This document shows positions 48,101 to 59,729 of a stretch of 64,000 nucleotides of DNA, piece by piece. Positions within the stretch are counted from its first letter, which is position 1. Every line of letters starts with the position of its first letter. Origin of the DNA: Vitrella brassicaformis CCMP3155. Its lineage: Eukaryota > Protista > Chromerida. The stretch lies in contig CDMY01000189.1 in assembly GCA_001179505.1 (NCBI GenBank), forward strand, positions 1 through 64,000, written 5' to 3'. The position numbers and the translations under genes are program-made. The notes under the pieces were generated by a model. That model was not told the origin of the DNA. It did not search any database and saw only the letters and a program-made list of their open reading frames with translations.

Positions 48101-51100
48101 AGCTGAGGGCGCCACGCTGGGAGTCGGATGATGACGGCCCTGGCGGTGTGGGCTCCGCTCTCTGGCCAGACGAGCGTCGGTCTTCCCCGCTGCCCTCCAG
48201 CTGTCCCTGGCCAGTGGGCCGCCACCCACCGCCAGATGAGCCCGACTGCTGGAAGGGGCGCAGCATCGCCAGCACACGGAACGAGTCGAGACCGACGCCA
48301 GCGCCTTCTGCCCCCGATGAGGACGACCGTGAAGCTCCCCCTCCCTCCCCTCTCGTGTCAGTGTCGCCTTGCTGTGGGGCGGCCGGCTCAGCACGAGGGA
48401 TCGTGGAGCCCCTGTTTGCGGCGGCAAGAGCGGCATGCATCTCGAGATGGCCTGGCGGCAACGGCATCCCCACTGGTGGGAGAATGCGCGAGGATGCGCT
48501 TGAGGGGCCCTGCGACCTGCCGACGGTGTTGGCGGCGCTGCCGAGGATCGACGAGATGTCCTGCTGGATCTGGCCGGAGATGGGGCCCGTGTTGAGCCCC
48601 GCCACCTGCCGCCGCATGATGCGCTGCATCAAGATGGTCCGGATCTCGTCTCGCGTGGCTCTGAAGCCCATCCACCAACAGACAGACATCAGACACAATC
48701 GTAATCTGACAGAGCCGAAATGAAATGCCCCCCAGCTCTGCCCACGCACCTGTTTCTCATTCTTGCGGATGGCGAGCTGTGTGTGAAGGTGGCGCGTGTG
48801 CTGGGCGCCCTGTGCGGCGCTCCGCCCCCGCTGTCATGCACTCCTCTCCCTCCTCTCCACGAGGGCGTCGCGTGCCTCAGCGAGGGCGAGTCGTCATCCA
48901 CCGACGGCGGCGGAATGGGCGGCGGCCCGTGCAGTCCGGCCGCCCACGGCGAGCTGCCCACACGGCTCGACATGCCGGGCGGGAGGGGGCCTTGGTGGGC
49001 CGATGCCATTCCCATTCCAGCACCGAAGCCGAAGCCACCAGCTTCCCTGACTCTGGTGTTGACGGGGCTGGGCCGCTGGCTCGTCCTGCCCGCGGCGGCA
49101 CGATGGACGGGGAACGTCGCGCCTGGTGCGCTGGCGCCGCGCCGTCGGTCGTCTGCTGCCCTCCCAGCTCCCTCCGGCCGTCGGTCGTCGATGGTCATAA
49201 TGGGTGGGGTGGGTGTGTGTGGGGGGGCGATGGGGATGAAGCTGCGGGTGTGGAAGACGGGCAGGGGGGGCGGCGGGGCGCCGAATATGAGCCGGTGGTG
49301 GTTGGATGATGTGTTGATGCGTGGGGGACGACTGTGCGGAGGGCGGCAACCCTCGCCACTCGGCTGATGGTGGAATGCTCGTGGCCGACTGAACGAGACG
49401 AGAGTGGCGGTGCTGTCTGGTGGCGGACCTCCAAGTATGCGTGAGGGGTGAGCCGCCGACTCCGTTTGCGCATTGCGCGTGATGGCGCTCCGCAGCCACG
49501 ATGGGATGTTGAGCAGAGCCCCTCGACCGCGGCTCTCACCGGTGCGCGCACTGAATCAATCAGAGAGAGGGAGGGGAGGCCGGTGCAGTCCAACCATGAT
49601 ATATGTGTGTGTCCAATACAATACAGATGGTATGGCACGTACCGTCCCACACTGAAGACGGAGGACGGTCCCCCCATCCCTTCTGGGCCGTCGTCGCCGC
49701 TGCCCCTGCTGCTATGCCGCGGGCCTCCTCCCCCTCCGCCTCCAGGAGGCCCGCCTGGCCCCCACGGGTACGTACCATGGCTGCCGTTGGTTCTCGCGTC
49801 ATCGCCATGCCTGCTCCTGGCTGATGACGGCCGCTCGCGCACGGGCGGTGACTTCCGACGCCCCTCACAAAAGGCTCTGAGGTGACCACCGACACGGACA
49901 CGGACACAGGCAGGGGCGGAATGAGGAGCCGCTTCGCTCTGGTCGTTTCCCCTCTCTCTCCCTCTCTCTGTGTGTGTGTGTGTGTGTGTCGCTTACTTGA
50001 GGAAGTCTTTTCGTGTGTCGCGCCATTTGCGGGCGACGTCAGCCTGGCTCATGGCGTATGGTGAGTCGGTGTGGTCCCCGAAGGCGATGGATGCCATAAG
50101 CTTGGCGATGTCGGCCTTCATGTGCGGCCAGAAGGACGGGAAGTGCTGCTGCGCGTAGGCAAGACCGTCCGCATAGGCGCCCTTGCCCCCAGACAAGAGG
50201 CGCAGAAACTGACGCGCACACACACACAGAGGGAGAGGGAAGGTGTACGTCTGTGGTGTGTGGTTGTTGTGATGGTCACCTCTAGTTCGTGCAGTCTGAA
50301 TGTGAGCTGTCTGTATCTGGCTCCCTCGGCCTTGCTGCGGCCCTCCAGCCACCGAAGCGCAGAGCTGACATCGCCGCCATCCAAAGCAGCCGATATCTGA
50401 CACACACAAAACACAACACAACACCACACCACACCACACACGTGTCTCGCTGGGTGGGTGGTGGACGCACGCGGAGAGGCCAGTCGGCCGACGCACCTGA
50501 TGTAGCTGCTTGTACGCCTCAATCATGGCCTCGGGCACCTCATGGTGGCCGCCGGTGGCCTCACCGCCACTGGCACTCGCACCCACACCCACACCCACGG
50601 CACCGTTTTGCTGCTGTTGGGCGTGTGTGTCACTGGTGTCGGCACTGAGCATCTCGGCGTCAGGGGCCTCTTGCTGTGGGTGGCTGGGCGGCTGTGTGCG
50701 GGGCATGTTGGGGTAGGGCAGACCCACAGACGCCAGCTCACCTCTGCACGGCACGGTGGCCAAGAATGAGCACCCGTGTGTGGTGTGCTGTGTGTCATCC
50801 GTGTGTTGCACGCAACGCATACCTAAAGACATCGAGCATGTCGAATCTGCCGTAGTGCAGGAAATGCAGTGCGATCATTTTGCCGATCATGCGCTCGTCG
50901 ATGGGGATGGGCCGCAGCGCCTGGCACACGTCACCCACATACTGACGACACACACGCGCGCACGGCAGAGAGAGAGAGAGTGCGGGGGTGAGAGAGCGGG
51001 AGAGAATTGTCGCTGGCCATCGCATGCACAACAGAGGATGAGTGTGCTGTGCAGTGCTGTGTGGTGTTGGGCGGCCTGCCTGTTTGTCGAGGGACTTGCC

Positions 51101-51534
51101 GAACTTGGTGAGGACGCCATAGAACTCCTTATTCTCCTGCGCGACCTTGTCAGACACTGCCTGCTCCTGCGTGACGTGAATGACGACAACGCTCACACGG
51201 ACCGAATGCAGTGCGTGTGGGTGCTCATCCTGACCTTGACAGTGCTGCTCAGTTCCGCCAGAATGGGGGCCGTTTCGGCCTCCTGCAGACAGACAGACAG
51301 ACAGACACCGCACCAACAAACACAAAGCCATCCCTCCCTCTCTCTGTCTGTGCAGGTGTGTATGTCTCTCTGCGTGCCAAACAAACATACCGTGGCTGTG
51401 TTTGGGAGCTGGGAGAGTTTGTCCTTGGCGCTTTGTAGTGTGCCGATGAGTTTGTCGATGTTGGTGTGTATGCGTTCGTTGAGTGTTCTCTGGCGCTTGG
51501 AGACCCTCTCCAGAGCCTGCGGGAGGGTGTCCAT
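45115..51534 (-). CDS. RMND5: RMND5/Gid2-like CTLH-complex E3 ligase subunit with a very large low-complexity insertion
   Basis: N-terminal QENKEFYGVLTKFGKSLDK, LisH-like MIALHFLHYGRFDM, CTLH DVSSALRWL, CRA FRLHELE|FLRLL..AYAQQHF..DIAKLMASIAF. C-terminal SPLSVAVCAGMVALPRL...IPIELDLGRPFHFHSHFTCPVTRTQTSSANPPVLLTCGHCISK|ACLDRI...FKCPICP. Confidence 0.9.
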
Positions 51535-51590
51535 CCCACCGCTCTGACACCCGCCGCAACGAACACGCTTACGACTGCACACACGGTCAT

Positions 51591-51626
<36 letters not shown>

Positions 51627-52089
51627 AGGCACATACCAAGATCATTTAAATGGTCATCGTGCTGTGCTATGCTTGTGGTGACCTGCTAGACTGCGACAGC
51701 TTAGTCAAGTGTGTCGGCCTATCAGGCAGCCACAGTCTGCCTCACGAGCCAACCAGCGAACGCTCTCGCCAGGCGACAACACAGCCGACGCACTCTATGC
51801 AGAATGAATCGCCGGCTCTCGGCCACTTCTTCGGGAGCCGGTTGAGCCTCCTCAGGTCAAGGCGGGTGAATTGGCGGCTGTAGCACTGCAGGAGGCGTCG
51901 AATGGGCGGCTTCGCCGATGACCTCTGATGATGACTCAGCGGACGAGACAGCGCTTCAAACTCACAAGCGATGCCACACCGACATGCTGATGACCTCGGA
52001 GATGGTAGCGTTGCTCGAATTTCCCCGTCTTTGTCTGCGAGCTATGCTTGCTTCAGCTCGCAAAATCATCTGTGGCATTTTTCGGCCGT

Positions 52090-53198
52090 ATGGCGGGCGA
52101 CTTTGATTCCGAGGCGCTTGCAAGGCGGCTGGAGGACATTGAGGCCTGCTTTGAGCGGAAGAACATCGAGAAGGGCGTCATCCTTCTGGAGGAGACGCTG
52201 GGCACTCTCAGGTACTGGATAATAGAATACATGCGGCGCCCATAGGAGGCTCTATGTAGCTCAATTGAGAGTCTACAGTCATTCCTCCATCCATTGATCA
52301 ATGGCATTGTTCATCGTCTTCAATTGTCCTTACATGAATTGGTGTGCTGTGTTGATGGCCGGATTGTGGCGGCTGTCTGCAGGCCCGAGGACCTTTCGCC
52401 CGACACCGAGCCGGTGATTAGGTGAGCAAGATACACAAGAGACCGCTTGTCGGGATGGATGGATGGACGAACGATGTTTCATTTTGTCAGCCGTCTGTTT
52501 CAGCACTTGTTGATAGGCTACAACAGCCTGGGGATGCAGCAGCTGAGGGCAGGCGCAACGGAGAGGGCCCTCCAGCTGCTCAACTCTGCTGACGCCTTGA
52601 CAGCGCCCAGCAACGTCTTCCTCGCACCGGTAAGGAAAGGTGTTTTGACACCCCTCACATCCCTCACACCATGTGTCTCTGCCTCTGTGTCCAGGTGCAC
52701 CGTCAGATCCTCAAGTGCATCACGTTCAACAACCTGGGGTGTGCGTACAAGTCCCAGGGCCGCACACACACCGCCCTGCAGTTCCTCAAGGAGGCACTGA
52801 GGCGCGAGGCCGCCCTCCAGACCTCCGGCAGCCTGCCGCCGAGCCAGTCGGCCTCGACCCACCTGAACATTTGCACCGTTCTGAGCGAGATGAGCAGGCA
52901 CCATGACGCCGTGCACCACGCCATGAGGGCCGTCAACCTGCTGCAGATGGCAATCAAAGAGGGCATTGACGAATTTCGAGAATCGGTGAGCGGCGCGGTG
53001 CCGCTAAATCTTCCTCAGGGGGCGATTGTGTCACCCTCAAGGCGGGGCTCCTCGGGCAGCAGCGCGCTGCCGCCACCCTTGCTGCCGGTGGCTTATTTCA
53101 ACTGTGCTGTGCAGTACGAACACATGCAGCAGTTCGAACAGGCCATCAAGGTGGGAAAGAAGCAAAGAGGACAGCCGCCCGCCCCGCTCTGTGTCCCA

Positions 53199-53244
<46 letters not shown>

Positions 53245-53551
53245 ATGTGTGTGCCTGCAGTACTATGAGAAGGCCTTGGAACTGTGTCGTCTGGAAGAGT
53301 CGGCGTCGAAGGGGCAGCAAAAGGAGCAGAGCAGCAGCGGCGGCCAGCAGCATCCATTGGTGCCGACCATTCGCACGTCGATAGCGGAGGTGAGGCGGGC
53401 AATGGTAGTTCTGGAGGAGAAGATACGGTCGCGGCGGAGTTCGGGGGCATCGCAGTCGGATGGCTTCGCACACACGGGGAGGGAGAGGGGGGCGGGGGTG
53501 AAGACGGGGACCCGGGCGCACAGGCAGATGAGGGCGGCATCTGCTCAGTGA
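52090..53551 (+). CDS. TPR-repeat protein
   Basis: GYNSLGMQQL..ALQLL, ITFNNLGCAYKSQGRTHTALQFLKEAL, STHLNICTVLSEMSRHHDAVHHAMRA, VAYFNCAVQYEHMQQFEQAIK|YYEKAL. GT-AG introns keep the frame. Confidence 0.85.
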
Positions 53552-53820
53552 GCGGTCGAGCGGAGGAGACATCACATGGGCGGTGTCGACCATCGCAATT
53601 CTGAATGAAACACGAGATCGAACGACTCTCACAAAAAGAGTGTGTGTGTGTGTGTGTACTTATGATCGATCGACGAGTCTGTCTCCAGCAATATCACTCA
53701 CTCACCGTGACCAACGAAATCGCTCTGAAAGCATGGTGAGGATGAGCCTCTTGATTGCCTCTCTCTGTCTGCTGGCCGTCGCTCCCTGCCTCTCTACCAA
53801 TGCCGATCCCGCTGCTGCTC
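53527..53820 (+). repeat. About 290-bp direct repeat, copy 1 (gene end plus intergenic plus start of a signal-peptide ORF)
   Basis: Highly similar to 57822-58105 over its length. Confidence 0.9.
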
Positions 53821-53921
53821 ATCCACACGAATGCCGTCGTCATCTCGATGGACAGATGAGAGGGGAGGGCGGGCGAAAGTTTGAAGCTCTCTTCATCGAA
53901 GAGCTTGAATGGCTCGGTTGA
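53733..53921 (+). pseudogene. Short signal-peptide ORF, possibly a truncated duplicate
   Basis: MVRMSLLIASLCLLAVAPCLSTNADPAAAH...; diverges from the 58018 copy right after the leader. Confidence 0.35.
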
Positions 53922-54045
53922 CGATGCACCAAGCCAATGATGTTGGGGGGCGGGCAAAACCACAGTGCGTGTCGGCGAGACTGGGCTCGCCACCGTCTCT
54001 TTCCGGCTAGCAACCCCAGCAGCAACCAGTAGTAGGGCGGCACAA

Positions 54046-54122
54046 GATGCCAGTGGTACAAGTGGCGAGATTTCTCGAGGGCAGGCGAGAATTCTCGCCG
54101 GCAGAGACAAGACTGTCACACC
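54046..54122. promoter_or_regulatory. Conserved non-coding element with the perfect palindrome GGCGAGAATTCTCGCC (54084-54099)
   Basis: Homologous to 11745-11826. It lies about 130 bp upstream of the kinase copy C ATG. A second half-copy sits at 54064-54077. Confidence 0.5.
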
Positions 54123-54227
54123 AGACCTTAATGGTTTCCCATCAAGCATTTCTGCCTGAGAGCTTCCAAAACAACTTTCGAACTACTGCAGCCCCATTCC
54201 CTCTCCCCTCCTCCATCGTGTGTGTTC

Positions 54228-54797
54228 ATGATGACACCAGCAGCATCGGCAGCCCTCCCACATCCCCTGTTCGGCGCCAAAGTGCAGCTGCCATCCCCAG
54301 ATGCATGGCGAGGGAGAGGAGCCGCTGTGCTCACGCTGAGCAAGGAGCTCAAGAAGGGCACTGATGGCACCTGCGTCCTCGTCGCCGACCGCGACCGTGA
54401 TGGCAACGAGTACGTCGGCAAGTTCGCCCACCAGAACGAGACGCTGGCAGCGGTGAAGTCGGAGAAGAGCCGCTCGAGCTCCACCTGGACAACGCCCTCA
54501 AAAAGGGTGCAGACGGCGCTTGTGTCGTGCTCACCCCAATGGCATGTGCCTCCCATGACGGCAGCAGTTATGTTGGCAAGTGCTACCACCACGGCGACCA
54601 CGCCCTCGCGCCGAGAACGTGTTTCTTCGAGAAAAAACTCTTGAGCATTGCCACGCATTGCCTCATGTCTTCAGCTCATTCGGAGGAGTTGAAGGAGGAG
54701 AGGAAGAAGCGGATGCATTCTGACTTGTCGGCTGTTTGTGTGTGTATGGATGTATGTGTGCAGATCGCCGCGCCGCAGCAGTTTCATCCGGCAGGCA
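54228..54797 (+). pseudogene. Chimeric kinase pseudogene, copy C (A-type N-lobe, then B-type N-lobe, then B-type intron/exon remnant)
   Basis: ELKKGTDGTCVLVADRDRDGNEYVGKFAHQNE. Then, in another frame, GEEPLELHLDNALKKGADGACVV...YVGKCYHHGDHALA. Then 54712-54790 is nearly identical to 12570-12655. Confidence 0.85.
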
Positions 54798-55011
54798 TCA
54801 TGCCCATGTTCAGCTTGGGGACGTGATGGAAAAGGTCGCATTCGAAAAAGAGGTATTTATCGACATTGTAGCTGAGGTTTTCGACCTGGTGTTTGTCAGA
54901 TCTTGGATCAGGTCGAAGACCTCAGCTAGAATGTCAGCCAAATGCACACACACTCAGGAGGCCGGCCACCCATTTTCACACGTGCGTGCCCTTCTGGTTG
55001 CTGTCGATTCG

Positions 55012-55790
55012 GCGTGCTGCAGGAGTCGAACCTCCACGTGGTGATGCGTCTGCGGGGCGGCGTGAAGGGAGCCCGCCAGGCCGACAAAAAGCAGCAGCAC
55101 AAGGACGACGAGAAGGAGCAGGCAGGGGATCCTTTTCCCCCTCTCACGGTAAGTGCCAGGGAAGACAATGGAGCCGTGTAATGGACTCTGAGCTGTGTTT
55201 CTTGCAGGCGCCATCACCCCGTCATCCCCGTTCTCCACAAGCCTTTTACGCGGCCCAGCTGACGAATGGGGATCTAGACGAGGCCGCCGAGGGGTCAAAC
55301 TGCAAAGTCGAGTAAGGGTGACTTCAAATGGCTTGATTGCTCTTCTGGTCACGGTTGTGCGTTGCTTTCAGGCGAACCAAGACACGAGGGTGGGTACAAA
55401 ATCACCGGGCCGCCAAATTTGAGGGACATCTGTTTGGAGCTGCTCGACAAAGCGGTGAACTAAACACACAAGTTGGCTGATGCCCTGTAAAGTTTGTGGT
55501 CTCTTCTGACAGAACCAAAACAGGCTGGCGGAGTCAACACTCCAGTAAGGAAACCCCAAATCCACCAACACGTTGCCACGTGGTGCTGCATCTGCGGGGC
55601 GGCATGAAGGGAGTTGGCAGGGCCAACAAGAAGCAGCGGCCCAAGGACGACGAGAGGGAGCAGGCAGGGGATCCTTTTCCCCCTCTCACGGTAAGTGCCA
55701 GGGAAGACAATGGAGCCGTGTGATGGACTCTGAGCTGTGTTTCTTGCAGCCGCCGCCACCCCCTGACCCCAACGTCGGCTGGGCCCATTG
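55012..55790 (+). pseudogene. Two tandem remnants of a ubiquitin-like fusion gene
   Basis: LQESNLHVVMRLRGG-VKGARQADKKQQHKDDEKEQAGDPFPPLT and HVVLHLRGG-MKGVGRANKKQRPKDDEREQAGDPFPPLT, each followed by the same gtaagt...ttgcag intron. No upstream ubiquitin body is visible. Confidence 0.7.
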
Positions 55791-56157
55791 TATGGCCCAG
55801 CTGACGATCTCGTTGGCAGAAAGACAAGAAGGCAAAAGAGAGCGAGAGAGAGAGAGTTTGAAGGGGAATTGCAGAAGAGACAAGAGGAGAGACAGGTATG
55901 TAGGCACAAAAAGCCACGCTGACGGATGGGGATCTAGCTGAGGCCGCCGCAGCCTCAGGGTGCATCATCGAGTGGGTGCCTGTCCCCGAGCGGTCCGGCT
56001 ACTACTACAAGATGACTGGCTGCGAAGAGGCGAGGGAAGCCTGTCGACTCATGCTCGACGGAGCGGTGAACTACACACGCAAGTTGGCTGATGCCCTGTA
56101 AAGCTTGTGGTCTTTTTCTGACAGGACCAGATCAGGCGGAGGATTCAGCCAGCCAGC

Positions 56158-57145
56158 GAGTAAGGAAACCCCAAATCCACCAACAAACAAACACACCACA
56201 CCTCTGTCACGTGTCGTCAGACCGTCATCGTCAAGTGCAGCACCAGCATCCGCCCCTGTCGACCCGCCACCTCCACACCCAGCCACAGGCAACCCCCCGC
56301 CACACACGGCGGCGCGAGGAGACACTGAGGCGCAGCGGAAGGCTGAAGAATACGCCGACATCATCCAAGTACGTCTGCTCTGTCCAATGCGCACTTATCG
56401 TCACAGAATCAGCGAATGCATTCGTGTCCCGTATGGCGTGTCGTTTGGGTGGCTGCCCTGACTTCTTCCAGGCTCAAGAGGACCAGATCTCCTTCCTAGC
56501 GGCTAGCGAATACGAGGAGCAATATGCCAACGAATGGCTTAGAGCTGATCTCCGGGCGCGCCAGGGGGAGGGGGCAGCCCCGATGACAAGCCAGATGACG
56601 AAGACCCCGACACGGGCAATCAGCAAGACCCCGGGACCACAGCCCATCGGCTGTCACATCTGGAGGCCCAAGCCACTGAGGCGCAGCGGAAGGCGGAAGA
56701 AGACGCCGAGATCATCCATCGGCTCCATGTCGATATGCAGGTACGTCTGCTCTATCCAATGCACACTTATCGTCACAGAATCAGCGAATGCATTCGTGTC
56801 TCGTATGGCGTGTCGTTTGGGTGGCTGCCCTGACTTTTCGCAGAGGGGCGATGCCGAGAACTCCTTCCTCGCCCAAAGCGAGTATGCAGAGTACTACGCC
56901 AACAACGAGCTGAGAGCTGATCTTGTGGCCGCAAACTCCGCCAAAACGCTGTGTGTGAGTGCACGTGTGTGTGGGAGCGACTGTTTGTCTGGTTGTGTAC
57001 GGGATAGGCGGGTGCGGCCGGATGGGCCCCGGTAGGGGAAGGAAGAATCGCTGTCTTCATTTTATATTTGCCGTTTGTTTGCTTGCGCTACCTGGTTGGA
57101 CAGAAGGGAGAAGAGGCCATCGCTGCCTGCATTTTATATTTGGTG
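56158..57145 (+). pseudogene. Degraded gene-family fragment with two copies of the 103-bp-intron cassette and pieces homologous to the RMND5 insertion
   Basis: Introns 56369-56471 and 56741-56843. 56158-56250 resembles reverse-complement 46715-46815, 56275-56330 resembles 46305-46360, and 56552-56625 resembles 46020-46095. Confidence 0.75.
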
Positions 57146-57821
57146 TCTAATTACTTGATATACTCATGCGCTGGACGAGACATGCCTTGGCGTTGTATTG
57201 CCGCAACGTAACCGCTCTCTCGCAACACAAACGCCCCGACAAATCTGTCCAGCTCACCTCACAACACATAACATCGGTCCAGCATGGACCATATATCACA
57301 TGATCAGAGGCATCCCATCGCCAACGCCAGCGCCCCGACCCGCAAACAGATTCGCAGTCTGCCATACACAACATGCAAACACAGAGACATCACATCACCC
57401 ACACACCCTGGCATCAATTGCAGCTCTCTGTACCAGTATTCGCAGCTCTTCCTCGAGCGACCGTCTGGTCATCCTGTCACGCCCTGCTCCTGCCCCCACA
57501 GTATGCTGCTGCTGCTGTGGCTGAGCGGCCTGGTGCCTCTCATCAGACGAATGACGCGACAACTCTGACGATGACGAGGGATGCGGCGAGTCCGTCGCCT
57601 GCACACACACCGAGACCCAAAGCCTCTCTGTCTCTCCGTGTGTGTGTCTCTCTCCCCCCGATGTGTCTGGATGTGTGGCTGACCACAGCAGGAGGGGCCT
57701 ATGCAAATCGGTTGGGTGAGCCTGGCCCGCCAGGAGCCTTGGCGGCAGTGAGGCGGGAGGGTGCGGACTGCGACGACGCTACCGTCATCAATTGGCGCCT
57801 GGACAAAAGGGAGAAGCGGTG

Positions 57822-58105
57822 GATGAGGGCGGCATCTGCTCAGTGAGCGGTCGAGCGGAGGAGACATGGGCGATGTCGACCATCGCAATTCTGAATGGAA
57901 CACGAGATCGAATGACTCTCCCAAAAACTGTTTGTGTGTGTACTTATGATCGATCGACGCGTCTGTCTCGATCAATATCACTCACCCACCGTGACCAACC
58001 GAAATCGCTCTGAAAACATGGTGAGGATGAGCCTCTTGATTGCCTCTCTCTGTCTGCTGGCCGTCGTTCTCTGCCTCTCTACCAATGCCGATGCCGCTGC
58101 TGCTC
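57822..58105 (+). repeat. About 290-bp direct repeat, copy 2
   Basis: Highly similar to 53527-53820. Confidence 0.9.
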
Positions 58106-58311
58106 GCCACGGCACCATGGCCACCAGCAAAGGTGTCTACGACCAACTGCCGGCACACATCCCCGACGCACTCTGCACCACACGCGCCCGGCGAGGCCAA
58201 GCCAGCATTGGCGGCAAGGCACTCAGACTCAACCTCCCGCCAGCATCACTCACTGACGGCCGCTATGCCGCCGCATCAGCCGCTGCATACGCAATGGTGA
58301 AGGAAGGGTGA
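58018..58311 (+). CDS. Small putative secreted protein
   Basis: MVRMSLLIASLCLLAVVLCLSTNA is a plausible signal peptide, followed by an open frame of about 75 aa. Confidence 0.4.
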   Translation: MVRMSLLIASLCLLAVVLCLSTNADAAAARHGTMATSKGVYDQLPAHIPDALCTTRARRGQASIGGKALRLNLPPASLTDGRYAAASAAAYAMVKEG

Positions 58312-59729
58312 CTGACAAGCAGACATTCACTCAGTGTGTCTCTTGTATGCTGATGAATGGCAGAGCCAGCCAGTGCGGTGTGGGGAGATGTCTCGTGTGC
58401 GGTGTGCGTTGTCTGGCCGGTGCACCTACGACACATCACTTGGCACGTGCCGCGGCAGGATCTGCGATGACTACGCTCCCGTCGGGTACGCTAGCACACA
58501 CGAGACATGAGACACAAAACTCATGGCGCATGGGTGGGTCAACAGGAAGACTTGGCGGGCGCGCAAGATGAGACGCAGTCCGATGAAGTCACAGATTCAG
58601 CGGTGCAACAACTCCGGCCAGTGCTTCTTCCAGGCACACATTCTCAACAAACAAATTGATGTTTTGTGTCTCTTTCTTGCACACCTGTGAGTGTGTGTGC
58701 GTGTCGTCGTGGTGCATGTCAGGACGACACATGCAAGCCCCTGCTACTCGACACAGAGACCCACTACACGAGCAGAATCCCAATCGGACCAAAGCCAACA
58801 CGCTCGTACCATATGTGGTCAGTAAGCGCGTCACGTCATCGTCTGAGCCAATGGCATAACATGTGCCGTCACTCATCGTCTGGCCTGCAGGAATCTCGGG
58901 CGCAAGATTCTGGTGTTTCTGCGCCGCAATCTGCCAATCGTGTGAGTGACGGTCACGATGAAGTGGGACACACAGGCAGAGACACGTCTGTTGACTGACG
59001 ACAATCATTGACGGCTGATGACTGAGTGAGTGAACCGAACACGTGCAGCGGTTTTGAAGCGCTCAGGCGCTCGGGTGGTGTGTCCACACACAGGCAGGGG
59101 AAAAATCACAGAGCAGAAATATAGCGGAGAGTGTCCATCCAAACGAATTGCGAACGCACAGGCAGCGTGCAGCCGAACAGCCAGCCGGTGAGCTAAGAAA
59201 AGGGCCTCTAAAGGCCTCTAAACGTCTCTCCCTCTTTCTCTCTCTGTCTGTCTAAACCGACGACAACCAGTAGAAACCTTCCTGTCTGTCTCCCCGACAA
59301 CCCGGGGTGTGTGTGTGTGTTTGGGGTGGGGGAAGGTACGATGGAGGAGCCCCGAGAACCGACCGAGTCGGTAACTTAAAACGTCAGTCGCATCGTTGCG
59401 TCCGCGTGCACTGCACATGGTACACTCATGGTAGTGAGTGACATATATGGGTAAGTAGTGAGTGTCTACGCCCCCTCCCTCCCTCTGATGCATCACACCA
59501 AGTACTGAAAAAGATCGATGCGTACATCATATCATGGCCCCTCCCCCCTCCCCCGCACCCCTGCTGTGGTGTCCTGGGTGTGGTGTGCTACAGGCAGGCA
59601 GGCAGGCAGTCCCCCTACAGAGAAAAAGGCGGGCACACACACGACACGAACGAATATGGCTGCTGGCCGCCGCATACGCACACGCTATCCCTCTCCTCTG
59701 CCATGGCCAGTGTGTGTGTGTTGGGGGGG

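Noticed and set aside
55012-55061. Functional ubiquitin or ubiquitin-ribosomal protein gene
   Set aside because: Only the last ~15 residues resemble ubiquitin. There is no MQIFVKTL body and no eL40/eS31 tail.
53527-58105. LTR retrotransposon (direct repeats about 4 kb apart)
   Set aside because: The repeats lack TG...CA ends, PBS and PPT, they contain host gene ends and starts, and no gag/pol motifs were seen inside.
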